Part shown: positions 9,481 to 19,209 of the stretch, piece by piece
Layout: each line of letters begins with the position of its first letter
How positions within the stretch are numbered: position 1 is the stretch's first letter
DNA from: a virus
Taxonomy: Duplodnaviria; Caudoviricetes
DNA: 57,269 nt
Virus record (IMG/VR): IMGVR_UViG_3300025120_000060
Span: 1-57,269 of that record
Strand: one strand, 5' to 3'
Position numbers and translations under genes: made by a program
Notes under the pieces: model-generated
What the model was told of the DNA's origin: nothing
Database searches by the model: none
Seen by the model: only the letters and a program-made list of their open reading frames with translations

Positions 9481-9934
9481 CACAACAGTTCAAAGTAGAA
9501 TCACAGTAATTTTTGATGCTGCGGGTTCTTTAGATGGAAACGGCCCTGCAAAAGGCACAGGAGATACTGAGTCAGATGTTTATTTAGATAGCACTGTGCA
9601 TTATAACATTCGATCTCACACAGAAATAGACTCAAATGTACATGCTTTACAATGGGATGCGAGTACAAATACAGGTCATCTTGAATACATTGATACTCGA
9701 GATAATCTTTCAATCTCTTCTTTTCCTCAATGGGCTACCAATGTAGTGATTAGAGCGGAAGCTCAAGATGTTTGGAATACAGCTTACAATGCAAATCTCA
9801 CAGCACAAGGTAACACTTGGAAAGCTGCAAACCCTGGAGTTGAAGAAGGATTCTCTGCCGACACCTCACAGGCAACTAGCGTAGCCGACACAGAAAGAAA
9901 CAACTATCTTTCTGCACACAGTATTACTTTCTAA
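9461..9934 (+). CDS. Tail-fibre-associated (assembly-like) protein
   Basis: VHALQW motif; position beside the fibre gene. Confidence 0.55.
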   Translation: MATTVNNTTVQSRITVIFDAAGSLDGNGPAKGTGDTESDVYLDSTVHYNIRSHTEIDSNVHALQWDASTNTGHLEYIDTRDNLSISSFPQWATNVVIRAEAQDVWNTAYNANLTAQGNTWKAANPGVEEGFSADTSQATSVADTERNNYLSAHSITF

Positions 9935-9955
9935 GTAATTGTGTATAAATAGAAA

Positions 9956-10498
9956 ATGAAAGAATACATATTAGACGTTAAAAAACTAATACCCCAAACT
10001 TTTTGCAAGAAAATTATTTCTTATTTTGATAGTGACTATGAGGATGCAAGAACCGTGGGAGGTGTTAGCAAAGATACAAGAAATTGTGTATCAAGAAATA
10101 TTTTAGAAACTAAAACATTTGGTGAAAAAATTTGTTTAAATGCAGTTCAAGAAAAAATATTTGAATGTGTACAACACTATAAAAATAAACACGATATACA
10201 TATCGAAAAAATTTCACAATTAGATATTCTTAAATACGAAAAAAATGATCATCAAGCGGGTTATAAATTTCATCAGGATTTTGGCCCCACAGTTACAGAA
10301 AGACATTTGTCTATTTCTGTTTGTTTAAATAATGAATATGAAGGTGGAGAGTTTGTTTTTGATTTACCCTCAGGAAATCATGTGGTTCCACAAAATATAG
10401 GTGATGCTGTTATTTTTCCGTCTAATTTTATGTTTTCTCATCAAGTCAACAAAATTACAAAGGGGACACGATACGCTTTAATAGGGTGGGTAATATAA
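9956..10498 (+). CDS. 2OG-Fe(II) oxygenase (prolyl-4-hydroxylase-like)
   Basis: HQD, YEGGEF, FPSNFMFSHQV, GTRYA. Confidence 0.9.
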   Translation: MKEYILDVKKLIPQTFCKKIISYFDSDYEDARTVGGVSKDTRNCVSRNILETKTFGEKICLNAVQEKIFECVQHYKNKHDIHIEKISQLDILKYEKNDHQAGYKFHQDFGPTVTERHLSISVCLNNEYEGGEFVFDLPSGNHVVPQNIGDAVIFPSNFMFSHQVNKITKGTRYALIGWVI

Positions 10499-11088
10499 TG
10501 GAACCAATTTTTATAAAAGAATTTTTACCACAACAAGTTTTAAATCTAGTGTATTCCTATTCAGTTGTTAAATATTCAAATCAAAAAAAATTTAATGTTG
10601 ATTCTCAAACAAATTCTTTGATTGGAGAACATAGTGATTATTTGATGGAAACTTTAATGGAGGCTAGCACTTCCGTTATAGAACAAAACATAGGGAAAAA
10701 ATTGTGGCCCACTTATTCTTATTTTAGAATTTATGATAAAGGTTCCGATTTAAAAATACACACTGATAGAGAGTCTTGTGAATATACAGTTGCTCTTTGT
10801 TTAGGGGCAGATCCTATTGATCAACCTTATGAAATATTCGTTGGGGAAGAAGATGAGACTTCAGATTATAAATACTATAGCTCTGACGGAAAATATAATA
10901 GATACAGGATAGATCATAAATTTTCTATGCTTCCTAATAATGCAGTGATCTTCAAAGGAATGGATAAGATTCATTGGAGAGAGATGTGTAAACACGATCA
11001 TTTTACTACTGTGTTTTTACATTATGTAGATCAAGAAGGTGATTACGCAGAATACAAATATGATAAAAGAAAAATGCTTGGAGAATGA
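10486..11088 (+). CDS. 2OG-Fe(II) oxygenase
   Basis: PTYSYFRIY, HTDRESCE, HWRE, FLHYV. Confidence 0.85.
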   Translation: MGNIMEPIFIKEFLPQQVLNLVYSYSVVKYSNQKKFNVDSQTNSLIGEHSDYLMETLMEASTSVIEQNIGKKLWPTYSYFRIYDKGSDLKIHTDRESCEYTVALCLGADPIDQPYEIFVGEEDETSDYKYYSSDGKYNRYRIDHKFSMLPNNAVIFKGMDKIHWREMCKHDHFTTVFLHYVDQEGDYAEYKYDKRKMLGE

Positions 11089-11891
11089 AAAATGATCTCT
11101 ATGTATTAAATGGAGGCATAGGTAAAAACATCTGCTTTACGAATTGTTTGAATGAATTAAACAATATTACGATTATGTCGACTTGGCCTATGATTTTTAA
11201 AAACCATCCTAAGGTAAATTTTGCTTATCATTATGATTTATGTGGATGGAAAGATGATACAAATTTCTTAAATAAATTTAATAAAGTGCATTTGGTAGAG
11301 GGATATAGTTCTTATTTTTTAACTAATAAAGTACACCTAATAAATAGTTTTAGGCACTCACTTAATATTGAAATAACAAAAGATTTGTATAATGAGATAT
11401 ACTTTACAGAGGATGACGAGAAAGAAATGCAACCTCTGCTGCAACAACTTGAAAACTATGTAATGGTGCAGTTTGTAGGTAGTGACGAGCAACACAATGA
11501 AACGGATTTTGTTGGATCAAGATGTTTAACCAAAAAACAATCTCAAGAGATTATTAATATCTTAAATTTTGATTTAAAATTAAATGTTTTAAATGTTTTT
11601 TCTGTAAAAAATTTCTTCGAAAATACTTGCAAAATAGATGTTTCTTTTGATTACATGCATTATGCTCATTTGATTAAGTATGCAAAAAGCTTTATTGGAA
11701 TAGATAGTTCACTTAATCACATGTCTTCTAACAAGTTTTGTAAAACAAAAGGAGTTGTGCTTTGGAATGATGCAAATGTTTCAGAAAGATTTTATTATGA
11801 TAAAAATATAAATCTTATAACAAATACACCAAAGGTAATGAGATTTGATGTAAACTCAGTTATAGACAATTTAAAAAAACAATTAATTTAA
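11085..11891 (+). CDS. Glycosyltransferase, GT9/heptosyltransferase-like
   Basis: GGIGK N-terminus; FIGIDSSLNH; VVLW. Confidence 0.7.
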   Translation: MKNDLYVLNGGIGKNICFTNCLNELNNITIMSTWPMIFKNHPKVNFAYHYDLCGWKDDTNFLNKFNKVHLVEGYSSYFLTNKVHLINSFRHSLNIEITKDLYNEIYFTEDDEKEMQPLLQQLENYVMVQFVGSDEQHNETDFVGSRCLTKKQSQEIINILNFDLKLNVLNVFSVKNFFENTCKIDVSFDYMHYAHLIKYAKSFIGIDSSLNHMSSNKFCKTKGVVLWNDANVSERFYYDKNINLITNTPKVMRFDVNSVIDNLKKQLI

Positions 11892-11909
11892 AAAAGCACA
11901 GGAGAACAA

Positions 11910-12722
11910 ATGATTAAACCAGAAGAAATAAAAAATAAGAACTTTAGAATTTTTTTAGGAATGCCGATGTACGGCGGGATGCTAACAGAAAGCACTTTAC
12001 ATGGTCTGTTAGAATTACAGTCTTGGACTGCAGCTAATAACGTAAACCTTAGGATACAAACAATAGGTAACGAAAGTCTTATAACTAGAGCTAGAAATAC
12101 AGTAGTATCTATGATGTTTGATCAACAAGATTTTGTAGCAACTCACTTACTATTTATAGATGCGGACATAGGTTTTACATGGCAGAATATTGAAAGATTA
12201 CTTTGCGCTGAAAAGGATGTGGCTTGTGGTATTTATCCAAGAAAACACTTACATTTAGAGAAATTAAAAAAAATTCTCGAAGAAAATCCTAACGCACAAC
12301 CTGATGAAATAGAAGCAAGAGCCTTAGGTTATAATGTAAATTTTGATGATCCTTTTAATTTAAAAGGAGAACATGGTTTTTTCCCTGTACAAGAAGCTGC
12401 AACAGGAATGATGCTTGTAAAAAGGAGCGTCTTTAGAACAATGATGAAAAAATTTCCTGAAAGAAAGTATGAGTCGGATCAAATAGTTAATGGCGGATCT
12501 TATAAGTCTGATAACTGTTATGATTTATTTGCAGTCGGACCTTACGAAACAAAGACTGTTGAAGGAAAAACACAAAAAAGATACTTATCTGAAGACTATT
12601 ATTTTTCTCGTTTATGGCAAGAGTGTGGTGGAGAGATATGGGCAGATTTAGCCATGCCTTTGACTCATTTTGGTAATAGAGCATTTAAAGGCCACGTTGG
12701 GTCTTTAGTTGCTAAAAAATGA
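11910..12722 (+). CDS. Glycosyltransferase, GT-A fold
   Basis: ESLITRARN, LFIDADI (DxD), ATGMMLV, LSEDYYF. Confidence 0.85.
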   Translation: MIKPEEIKNKNFRIFLGMPMYGGMLTESTLHGLLELQSWTAANNVNLRIQTIGNESLITRARNTVVSMMFDQQDFVATHLLFIDADIGFTWQNIERLLCAEKDVACGIYPRKHLHLEKLKKILEENPNAQPDEIEARALGYNVNFDDPFNLKGEHGFFPVQEAATGMMLVKRSVFRTMMKKFPERKYESDQIVNGGSYKSDNCYDLFAVGPYETKTVEGKTQKRYLSEDYYFSRLWQECGGEIWADLAMPLTHFGNRAFKGHVGSLVAKK

Positions 12723-13225
12723 TCGAAACAATTATTCATAAAGATTCTTTTTTTACTAATGAATATACTGGAGATATAAATCAAATAGATGCACACATAA
12801 AACATCTTATTACTTTTGATAAAGGAAGAGTGTTAAGTAATGAGGGGGGATATCAAAGCAATGACATTACCTTTGGTTTTCACGAACTTATAGTGTTTGC
12901 CATCAACAGTTTAAATTCAATTAATCAAAAGGTAAAACTAGCAAATTTTTGGGTAAATATAAATAAGGGAGAACACTCTAACAAAGTACACAATCATACT
13001 TTGGACAGTTGGTCAGCAGTATACTATCACAAAGTTTGTTGTGAAAAGTCATCTTTAAATTTTCACAATCTTATTCCTATTATAAATAGCAGTGTTTGCT
13101 CATATTATCCAAAAGAAAAACAAATGATTTTTTTTAAAGGAGTACAACCTCACTCTGTAAGTGCCTGTAATGGCGTGGACCACGAAAGAATTTCAATAGC
13201 TTTTAATTTACCTAAATGCTCCTAG
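12719..13225 (+). CDS. 2OG-Fe(II) oxygenase
   Basis: GGYQS, WVNIN, HNH, HSV, RISIAFN. Confidence 0.85.
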   Translation: MIETIIHKDSFFTNEYTGDINQIDAHIKHLITFDKGRVLSNEGGYQSNDITFGFHELIVFAINSLNSINQKVKLANFWVNINKGEHSNKVHNHTLDSWSAVYYHKVCCEKSSLNFHNLIPIINSSVCSYYPKEKQMIFFKGVQPHSVSACNGVDHERISIAFNLPKCS

Positions 13226-13234
13226 TGAAATATA

Positions 13235-13714
13235 ATGAGTGTAGATACAAAAATAATAGAGTTCTATTTACCTAAAAATGATTGTTTAAATATATCTAAT
13301 TTTGTTTATCAAGAAAAAGATAAATGGGCTAAAGATTTAAAAAATGTCAAGTCACTAACCTCAGGTTTTAATCCAGATTATAAATTTATACATGACATAG
13401 GCTATCTTTGTTGTGATGAAATTTTACCTCAAAAAACAGATATAAAAAAATGGGAAAAAACCTGGTGGTGGATAAACTTTTATGAAAAAGGTCATTACGC
13501 TGCAAGACATCATCATAATCCTGAACATTATTCAATGATAATGGTTATTAAGCCTTCAACTAATAATTGTTTAAATTTTAATATAGAAGATAAAGATTTA
13601 AAGGTAGAAGAAAAAGAAGGTTTATCATTAATATTTCCTTCTACAATCGAGCATTGGGTAGATCCTGTTGAATCAGATAGAATATCTATTGCTATGGATT
13701 TCCGACCCTTTTAA
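13235..13714 (+). CDS. 2OG-Fe(II) oxygenase
   Basis: WINFY, HHH, IFPS...HWV, RISIAMD. Confidence 0.8.
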   Translation: MSVDTKIIEFYLPKNDCLNISNFVYQEKDKWAKDLKNVKSLTSGFNPDYKFIHDIGYLCCDEILPQKTDIKKWEKTWWWINFYEKGHYAARHHHNPEHYSMIMVIKPSTNNCLNFNIEDKDLKVEEKEGLSLIFPSTIEHWVDPVESDRISIAMDFRPF

Positions 13715-13742
13715 TTTTATTAAATTGTAGTATATTAATCAA

Positions 13743-15572
13743 ATGCCCTTAGTAAATTTTAGACCAACTCCTGGTATTAATAAAGAAGTCACTGATTATA
13801 CAGGTGCCGGTAAATGGACTGATGGAGATAATGTACGTTTTTTTCAAGGGTTACCACAGAAAATTAAAGGGTGGCAAAAATTTATTTCTACAACTTTAGT
13901 AGGTGTTGTACGGGATCAGCACGCTTGGATATCTCTTGACGGAACAAGACATAATGCAGTTGGCACTGATAGAAAATTATATGTTATTCAAGAGGGTGAA
14001 GCTTACGACATAACACCTTTAAGAAAAACAACGAGCTCCTTATCAAATCCTTTTACTACAAATGCTTCAGTTTCTGTTGTAGTCACCGATACATCTCATG
14101 GCGCACAAAAAGGTGACTTTGTTACCTTTGACTCTTTTTCAGCTATTGATGGTCTAGACATGAACAAAGAATTTGAAGTTACTTCAGTAGCTAATAACAA
14201 TGCCTATGTGGTCACAGCGACTTCTGCTGCTTCTGGATCAACTTCAGGCGGCGGTGGAACTGGCAATGCAAAGTATCAAATTAATATAGGTCCTGAGTTT
14301 TCATTACCCGCTTTTGGTTGGGGAACAGATACTTGGAGTTCAGGTACATGGGGAACACCCTCTACAACTTCAAACGTAACCTTAGAAGCAAGACAATGGT
14401 CTCTTGATAATTTTGGTGAAGACTTAATTGCAGTTGTATTAAATGGTGGGGCTTTTAAATGGGACACATCAGGAGGTGTATCAACAAGAGCAGCAGCTAT
14501 TACAAACGCACCAACTAAGTCAAGATTAGGTTTAGTATCTACACCTGATAGACATTTACTTTTAATGGGGTCTCAACCTACTATCGGTGGAACTAATGCT
14601 CAAGATGATTTACTTATAAGATTTTCAAACCAAGAAGACATTGAAACATACCAACCTACAGCAGAGAATACTGCAGGCACATTAAGAATTGCTGACGGAT
14701 CACGAATCGTGGCCGCAGAGCGATCAAGAGGTCAAATACTTGTATGGACTGACACCTCATTACACTCAATGCAATTTATTGGTCCTCCTTTTACTTTTGG
14801 TTTAAGACAACTTGGTCAAAACTGTGGCATCATAGGGCAACACGCAGGTATAGATATTAATGGTGTTTCTTATTGGATGTCTCAAGATTCTTTCTTTCTC
14901 TTTGATGGTACAGTTAAAAAATTACCTTGCACAGTGGAGCAATACATATTTGATAATATTAATCAAACAGGATCTGAAAATGCTTTTGCAGGACACAATG
15001 GTGAGTACAACGAAATTTTATGGTTCTACAATAGAACAGGATCAAATCAAATTAATGCAGTGGTTGCTTATAACTATTTAGAACAAACTTGGTGGATCGG
15101 AACATTGGATAGAACAGCTTGGATTGATAGAGAGGTTTACGATAACCCGGTGGCCTCAGATTACTTACCAACGACCACGGCCAACAATGAAGTCATATCT
15201 GGATTAACAGACGGAGCTAGTCAAATGTTCTTGCATGAAGTTGGTAACAACGGTGATGATGAAGCTATCACTGCATATGTTAAATCAGGTTCTGTTGAGA
15301 TTGGCACAGGTGATGAGTTTTCTTTTGTATCAAAGCTTATTCCTGATGTGCAAAATCAAGAGGGAACATTGAATATGAGTTTAGAATTTAAAAACTATCC
15401 AAACAATAGCACTAGTGTAATTAAAACTACTAGTTTTGTAGACAGCACACAGTTTGTCAGTTTGAGAGGACGAGGTAGAGAGTTTACAGTCAATGTTGTT
15501 TCCAACACCACAGGCACAGCTTGGAGACTAGGAACACAACGTTTTGAAATACAGCCTGATGGTAGAAGATAA
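13743..15572 (+). CDS. Tail tubular protein B / packaged-DNA stabilisation (nozzle) protein
   Basis: 609 aa; PGINKE...W.DGDNVRF, WSLDNFGEDL, NTAGTLR, ends PDGRR. Confidence 0.75.
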   Translation: MPLVNFRPTPGINKEVTDYTGAGKWTDGDNVRFFQGLPQKIKGWQKFISTTLVGVVRDQHAWISLDGTRHNAVGTDRKLYVIQEGEAYDITPLRKTTSSLSNPFTTNASVSVVVTDTSHGAQKGDFVTFDSFSAIDGLDMNKEFEVTSVANNNAYVVTATSAASGSTSGGGGTGNAKYQINIGPEFSLPAFGWGTDTWSSGTWGTPSTTSNVTLEARQWSLDNFGEDLIAVVLNGGAFKWDTSGGVSTRAAAITNAPTKSRLGLVSTPDRHLLLMGSQPTIGGTNAQDDLLIRFSNQEDIETYQPTAENTAGTLRIADGSRIVAAERSRGQILVWTDTSLHSMQFIGPPFTFGLRQLGQNCGIIGQHAGIDINGVSYWMSQDSFFLFDGTVKKLPCTVEQYIFDNINQTGSENAFAGHNGEYNEILWFYNRTGSNQINAVVAYNYLEQTWWIGTLDRTAWIDREVYDNPVASDYLPTTTANNEVISGLTDGASQMFLHEVGNNGDDEAITAYVKSGSVEIGTGDEFSFVSKLIPDVQNQEGTLNMSLEFKNYPNNSTSVIKTTSFVDSTQFVSLRGRGREFTVNVVSNTTGTAWRLGTQRFEIQPDGRR

Positions 15573-15742
15573 TGGCAAAGTTAGTTTTACAAAGATTTCC
15601 TGATCCAAGACCTGAGTATGATGCTCAGCAGTCTGCTGAACTTATTAGACAATTAGAAGAGTTAATTCAACAGTTGAATACTCAGTATACACAAGACACT
15701 CAAGAAGAGGCCACAAGAAGGGCATGGTATTTTAGTGGCTGA
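15572..15742 (+). CDS. Small virion-module protein (56 aa, not in track)
   Basis: Hand translation MAKLVLQRFPDPRPEYDAQQ...RRAWYFSG; coupled to both neighbours. Confidence 0.7.
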   Translation: MAKLVLQRFPDPRPEYDAQQSAELIRQLEELIQQLNTQYTQDTQEEATRRAWYFSG

Positions 15743-16091
15743 TGTATTTAAAAGATTTATAGCCAATGTCACTACAACAGATCTGACAACAGTCTTTACA
15801 GTTCCAACTGCCGATGTAGCTGCAACACCACCAGTTCCTGTATCTACTTTTATTGTAAAAACAATTAACACCCACAACTACGATGGATCAAATGCAGTCA
15901 CTGTAAATATTGACCACAATAATGGTAGTGCAGACCTTCAAGTATTTCAAGTTGATGTCTCTGCAAGTGATACCAATACAATATCTACTAGTATGGTATA
16001 TGCTGAGGGTGACTCCCTAAAAGTTCAGGCTAATGCTGCGAGCAGAGCTATGATTGAAGTATCTGTTTTAGAGATAAAACAACAACAATAA
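15735..16091 (+). CDS. Structural protein
   Basis: Beta-rich; GDSLKV...SVLEI end. Confidence 0.65.
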   Translation: MADVFKRFIANVTTTDLTTVFTVPTADVAATPPVPVSTFIVKTINTHNYDGSNAVTVNIDHNNGSADLQVFQVDVSASDTNTISTSMVYAEGDSLKVQANAASRAMIEVSVLEIKQQQ

Positions 16092-16098
16092 TCTTATT

Positions 16099-16638
16099 TT
16101 GAATTATCCTCTCTTAAGAAACTTTAGTGTCGATCCTTTAATAACAAAATTTTTAATAGACAAATACGAGAGCTATAGAAATTCTAACCCTATGACATGG
16201 CAAGAAAATACCTCTTTTAATAATAATGAAAAAAACTCAGGGTATCAGACACCTAACTTACATAAATGGCAAGATGAGGAGTTTCAAACTTTTTTAAATA
16301 ATGGTCTTTCTAAATTTGTATCTGAGCAATTAGGAACAGATAAATTCTCTTACTTTTGGGTTCATTATTTAGAGTATGAGAATGGAGGGGGTATGGACAT
16401 ACACAAACATTGGCATAATGAGGATTTTGTTTTATTTCTTTATCTTTCAACCTGTAATTCAGGACATACTGTTTTCTATCTAAATGATTACAATCAAGAA
16501 CACATGGAAAGAACCTGTATTAGAGTGCAGCCTATAAAGAGTACAGGCACTTGTTTTTCTTCTCTATTATCTCATAAAGGCGAATTTACATACGAAAATA
16601 AAAAAATATTTGTCGTAGGATTAAAACTTAATCCTTAG
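16099..16638 (+). CDS. 2OG-Fe(II) oxygenase
   Basis: GYQT, HKH, LYL, GHTVFY, HKG. Confidence 0.7.
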   Translation: MNYPLLRNFSVDPLITKFLIDKYESYRNSNPMTWQENTSFNNNEKNSGYQTPNLHKWQDEEFQTFLNNGLSKFVSEQLGTDKFSYFWVHYLEYENGGGMDIHKHWHNEDFVLFLYLSTCNSGHTVFYLNDYNQEHMERTCIRVQPIKSTGTCFSSLLSHKGEFTYENKKIFVVGLKLNP

Positions 16639-16682
16639 TAAAACCTATTGATTTCTTAGCCCTTTCTCGATAAAACTATAAT

Positions 16683-16934
16683 ATGGCAAAGATTTTAGAC
16701 GAACCTGTTTTATTACGTTATGATGAAATAGGTGGTCAAAGAATACCTGTTTATAGCGCTAAAGTTGAAACTACTGTAACTAACTTAAAAACAGGGCACG
16801 AATACAGTTCACACGAAGAATGTCAGGCCGATATTGACAATTCAGAAACAGACACAACAGAGGCAGATATTAGAAGAGATGTCCACGTAACAGCTCCGAA
16901 TGTATTTGCGGGGGCACACACACTGCCGGAATAG
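16683..16934 (+). CDS. Hypothetical protein
   Basis: Clean ORF after a promoter-like TTGATT-N17-TAAAAC. Confidence 0.7.
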   Translation: MAKILDEPVLLRYDEIGGQRIPVYSAKVETTVTNLKTGHEYSSHEECQADIDNSETDTTEADIRRDVHVTAPNVFAGAHTLPE

Positions 16935-16937
16935 AAA

Positions 16938-18242
16938 ATGTTAAAAAATTTTATTGAAGGAATCAAAGATGTTCTACCGGCGGTTGCCGGAACAATTGGA
17001 TACGCGGTTGCAGGACCGGCGGGAGCTGCAATTGGTTCAGGAATAGGTTCTTTAGTCAGAGGCGATGAAGGTCAAGAAGCTTTAAACAATGCGTTAATTG
17101 CAGGAGCTGTCGGTTATGGTGGTCAAAGATTCCTATCCGGAGGTTCAGGACCTTTAGGAAAGTTTTTCTCTCAAGGAAATATACCAGGTATCGTTGGCGG
17201 TGAATCGGGTATACTAAAATCATTTGGTCAACGTAGTTTCTCTCCAGGCATGACTCAAATGGGCTTTGGTGGTAAGTATTTACCGAGTCAAGCAGCAGAA
17301 GCTTCAAGAATGATAGGTGGAAAACCAATATATGATCCTTTACAAGGTGGAATGAGAACCGGCATAGGATCAGGCACAGAGATTAGTGGTGCAACCTTAA
17401 AAGAATTTGATGCATTAAAAGCTTTAGGAACTGGTTCATCGGACGCAGATCTTCTAGCTAGAGCACAAGAAACTGTTTTAAGTGGAAACGCAGGCACAGA
17501 TGCTACAGGGGGAATTCTTTCTAAGTTTACAGAATTTGCAAAAACTAATCCTGAACTTCTTATAGGTGCTCTTGGTTTAGCCGGAACTTCAGGTTTCTTT
17601 GATGAAAGCGATATAGAAAATTTGCCAAGTGGTCCTGAGGTAGGAAGTCAAGGTGCTTTACCAACTGGTATGGCCTCTCTTATTAACCCGGTTGCAGGTC
17701 AAGGCGGACTTTATTCTTATAACATGGCCAAAGATGGTGGTATCATGCACGCTAAAAAAGGTGAGCAGGCCGACGATGGTTTTAGTCAGGCAGATAAAGA
17801 CATGCTTGAAATGTTAAGAGAACAACGTAGGCAAGAGATACTTCAACAGATGCAAGAAGAAAAATTTAAATTTGATCAATATGAAAACCCTAAGATTTTT
17901 CAAACTGGTCCAGGAAAAGGTGTTCTAACAATAGGAGCCGCAGAGGGTATGATGATGGACGGCAATATAGATAATTTTAAAATGAACAGTCCAAGAAGAG
18001 ATTTATTTTTAGAGAGAGAAGGTCCAATATCCGATGACCGCGGATCACCGAACAAGGACACTGTGTATGCTAAACTAGCTGACGGAGAGTTTGTCGTTAA
18101 TGCTAAGACAGTAGCTGATATAGGTTACGGCATGGGTGCAGAAGATTTAGATCAAGCGAAAGAAATGGGCGGTTCTTTCTTTTATGGCTTACAAGACGCA
18201 CAGAAAAAAGGTATATTAGGTAACATGGTAGGGACAGCATAA
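16938..18242 (+). CDS. Internal virion / ejection protein
   Basis: Gly-rich TM-like N-terminus; AKDGG; DTVYAKLADGEFV. Confidence 0.65.
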   Translation: MLKNFIEGIKDVLPAVAGTIGYAVAGPAGAAIGSGIGSLVRGDEGQEALNNALIAGAVGYGGQRFLSGGSGPLGKFFSQGNIPGIVGGESGILKSFGQRSFSPGMTQMGFGGKYLPSQAAEASRMIGGKPIYDPLQGGMRTGIGSGTEISGATLKEFDALKALGTGSSDADLLARAQETVLSGNAGTDATGGILSKFTEFAKTNPELLIGALGLAGTSGFFDESDIENLPSGPEVGSQGALPTGMASLINPVAGQGGLYSYNMAKDGGIMHAKKGEQADDGFSQADKDMLEMLREQRRQEILQQMQEEKFKFDQYENPKIFQTGPGKGVLTIGAAEGMMMDGNIDNFKMNSPRRDLFLEREGPISDDRGSPNKDTVYAKLADGEFVVNAKTVADIGYGMGAEDLDQAKEMGGSFFYGLQDAQKKGILGNMVGTA

Positions 18243-19201
18243 TGGCAGTTAACGAACAAATTATTAGACAACCGGAGTTTATTGAGAAAAGAGCAGAACA
18301 ATTACTTGAATCTGTTTTTGGAGCTAACGGTGTAGCTAACGTTGCTCAAACTATTCCTGCTGCCTCTGTAGCACAGTTTCAACCTTTTCAAAATGCAGCT
18401 ATGTCTGCAGCAAACACTGATATTACAGGCAATACCTTTTCTTCTGGTATCGGAGCTTATCAACCTTATCTAGGTGCAGCTTCTCAACAACTAGGTGCAG
18501 CGGGTACTACTTTAGGAGCGGGTATTGGTACTATAGGACAGGGTGTAAACATGGTAGGTCCTTCTGGAGTTGCACAGTTTATGGATCCGTATCAATCACA
18601 AGTTACACAAAATGTTTTAGCTGAAATTGATCGTCAAGGCGCTATGGCTCAGAATCAAGCTTCGGCACAAGCAATAGGAGCAAATGCTTTTGGTGGTGGT
18701 CGTGAAGGTGTGCAAAGAGCAGAATTAGCTAGAAACTTACAAGACATCAAATCAAGAAGAATTGCTGAAGACGTACAAAGAAATTTTTTACAAGCTCAAC
18801 AACAACAGTTACGATCTGCTGCAACACTAGGTCAGTTAGGTCAACAGACATTAGCAGGAGGCATAGCGCAACAAGGTATAGCTGAACAAACAGCAGGCTT
18901 AGGTGCTATGGCCCAAAGAAGTGGTTTTCAAGACATAGGTCAGCTATTGGGTCTTGGAGGACTACAACAACAACAAGATCAAATGCAACGTGATGTAGCT
19001 CGTCAAAATACTTTAGAAGCTCAAAGAGAACCTTTTGGTAGAATACAATTTGCTTCAGATATTTTACGAGGTGTTCCTTCTGGTCAACAGGTATTTACAA
19101 CACAACCTTCACCCTCTCCATTTAGTCAATTACTTGGTGCAGGAGTAGGCTTAGCAGGTATTAGTTCTTTGTTAGGTGATTCAGGGTTTAGTTTCTCATA
19201 G
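18242..19201 (+). CDS. Internal virion / DNA transfer protein
   Basis: FMDPYQ, GAFGGGR-like motif, Q/A-rich helix. Confidence 0.7.
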   Translation: MAVNEQIIRQPEFIEKRAEQLLESVFGANGVANVAQTIPAASVAQFQPFQNAAMSAANTDITGNTFSSGIGAYQPYLGAASQQLGAAGTTLGAGIGTIGQGVNMVGPSGVAQFMDPYQSQVTQNVLAEIDRQGAMAQNQASAQAIGANAFGGGREGVQRAELARNLQDIKSRRIAEDVQRNFLQAQQQQLRSAATLGQLGQQTLAGGIAQQGIAEQTAGLGAMAQRSGFQDIGQLLGLGGLQQQQDQMQRDVARQNTLEAQREPFGRIQFASDILRGVPSGQQVFTTQPSPSPFSQLLGAGVGLAGISSLLGDSGFSFS

Positions 19202-19209
19202 GATAGTGA

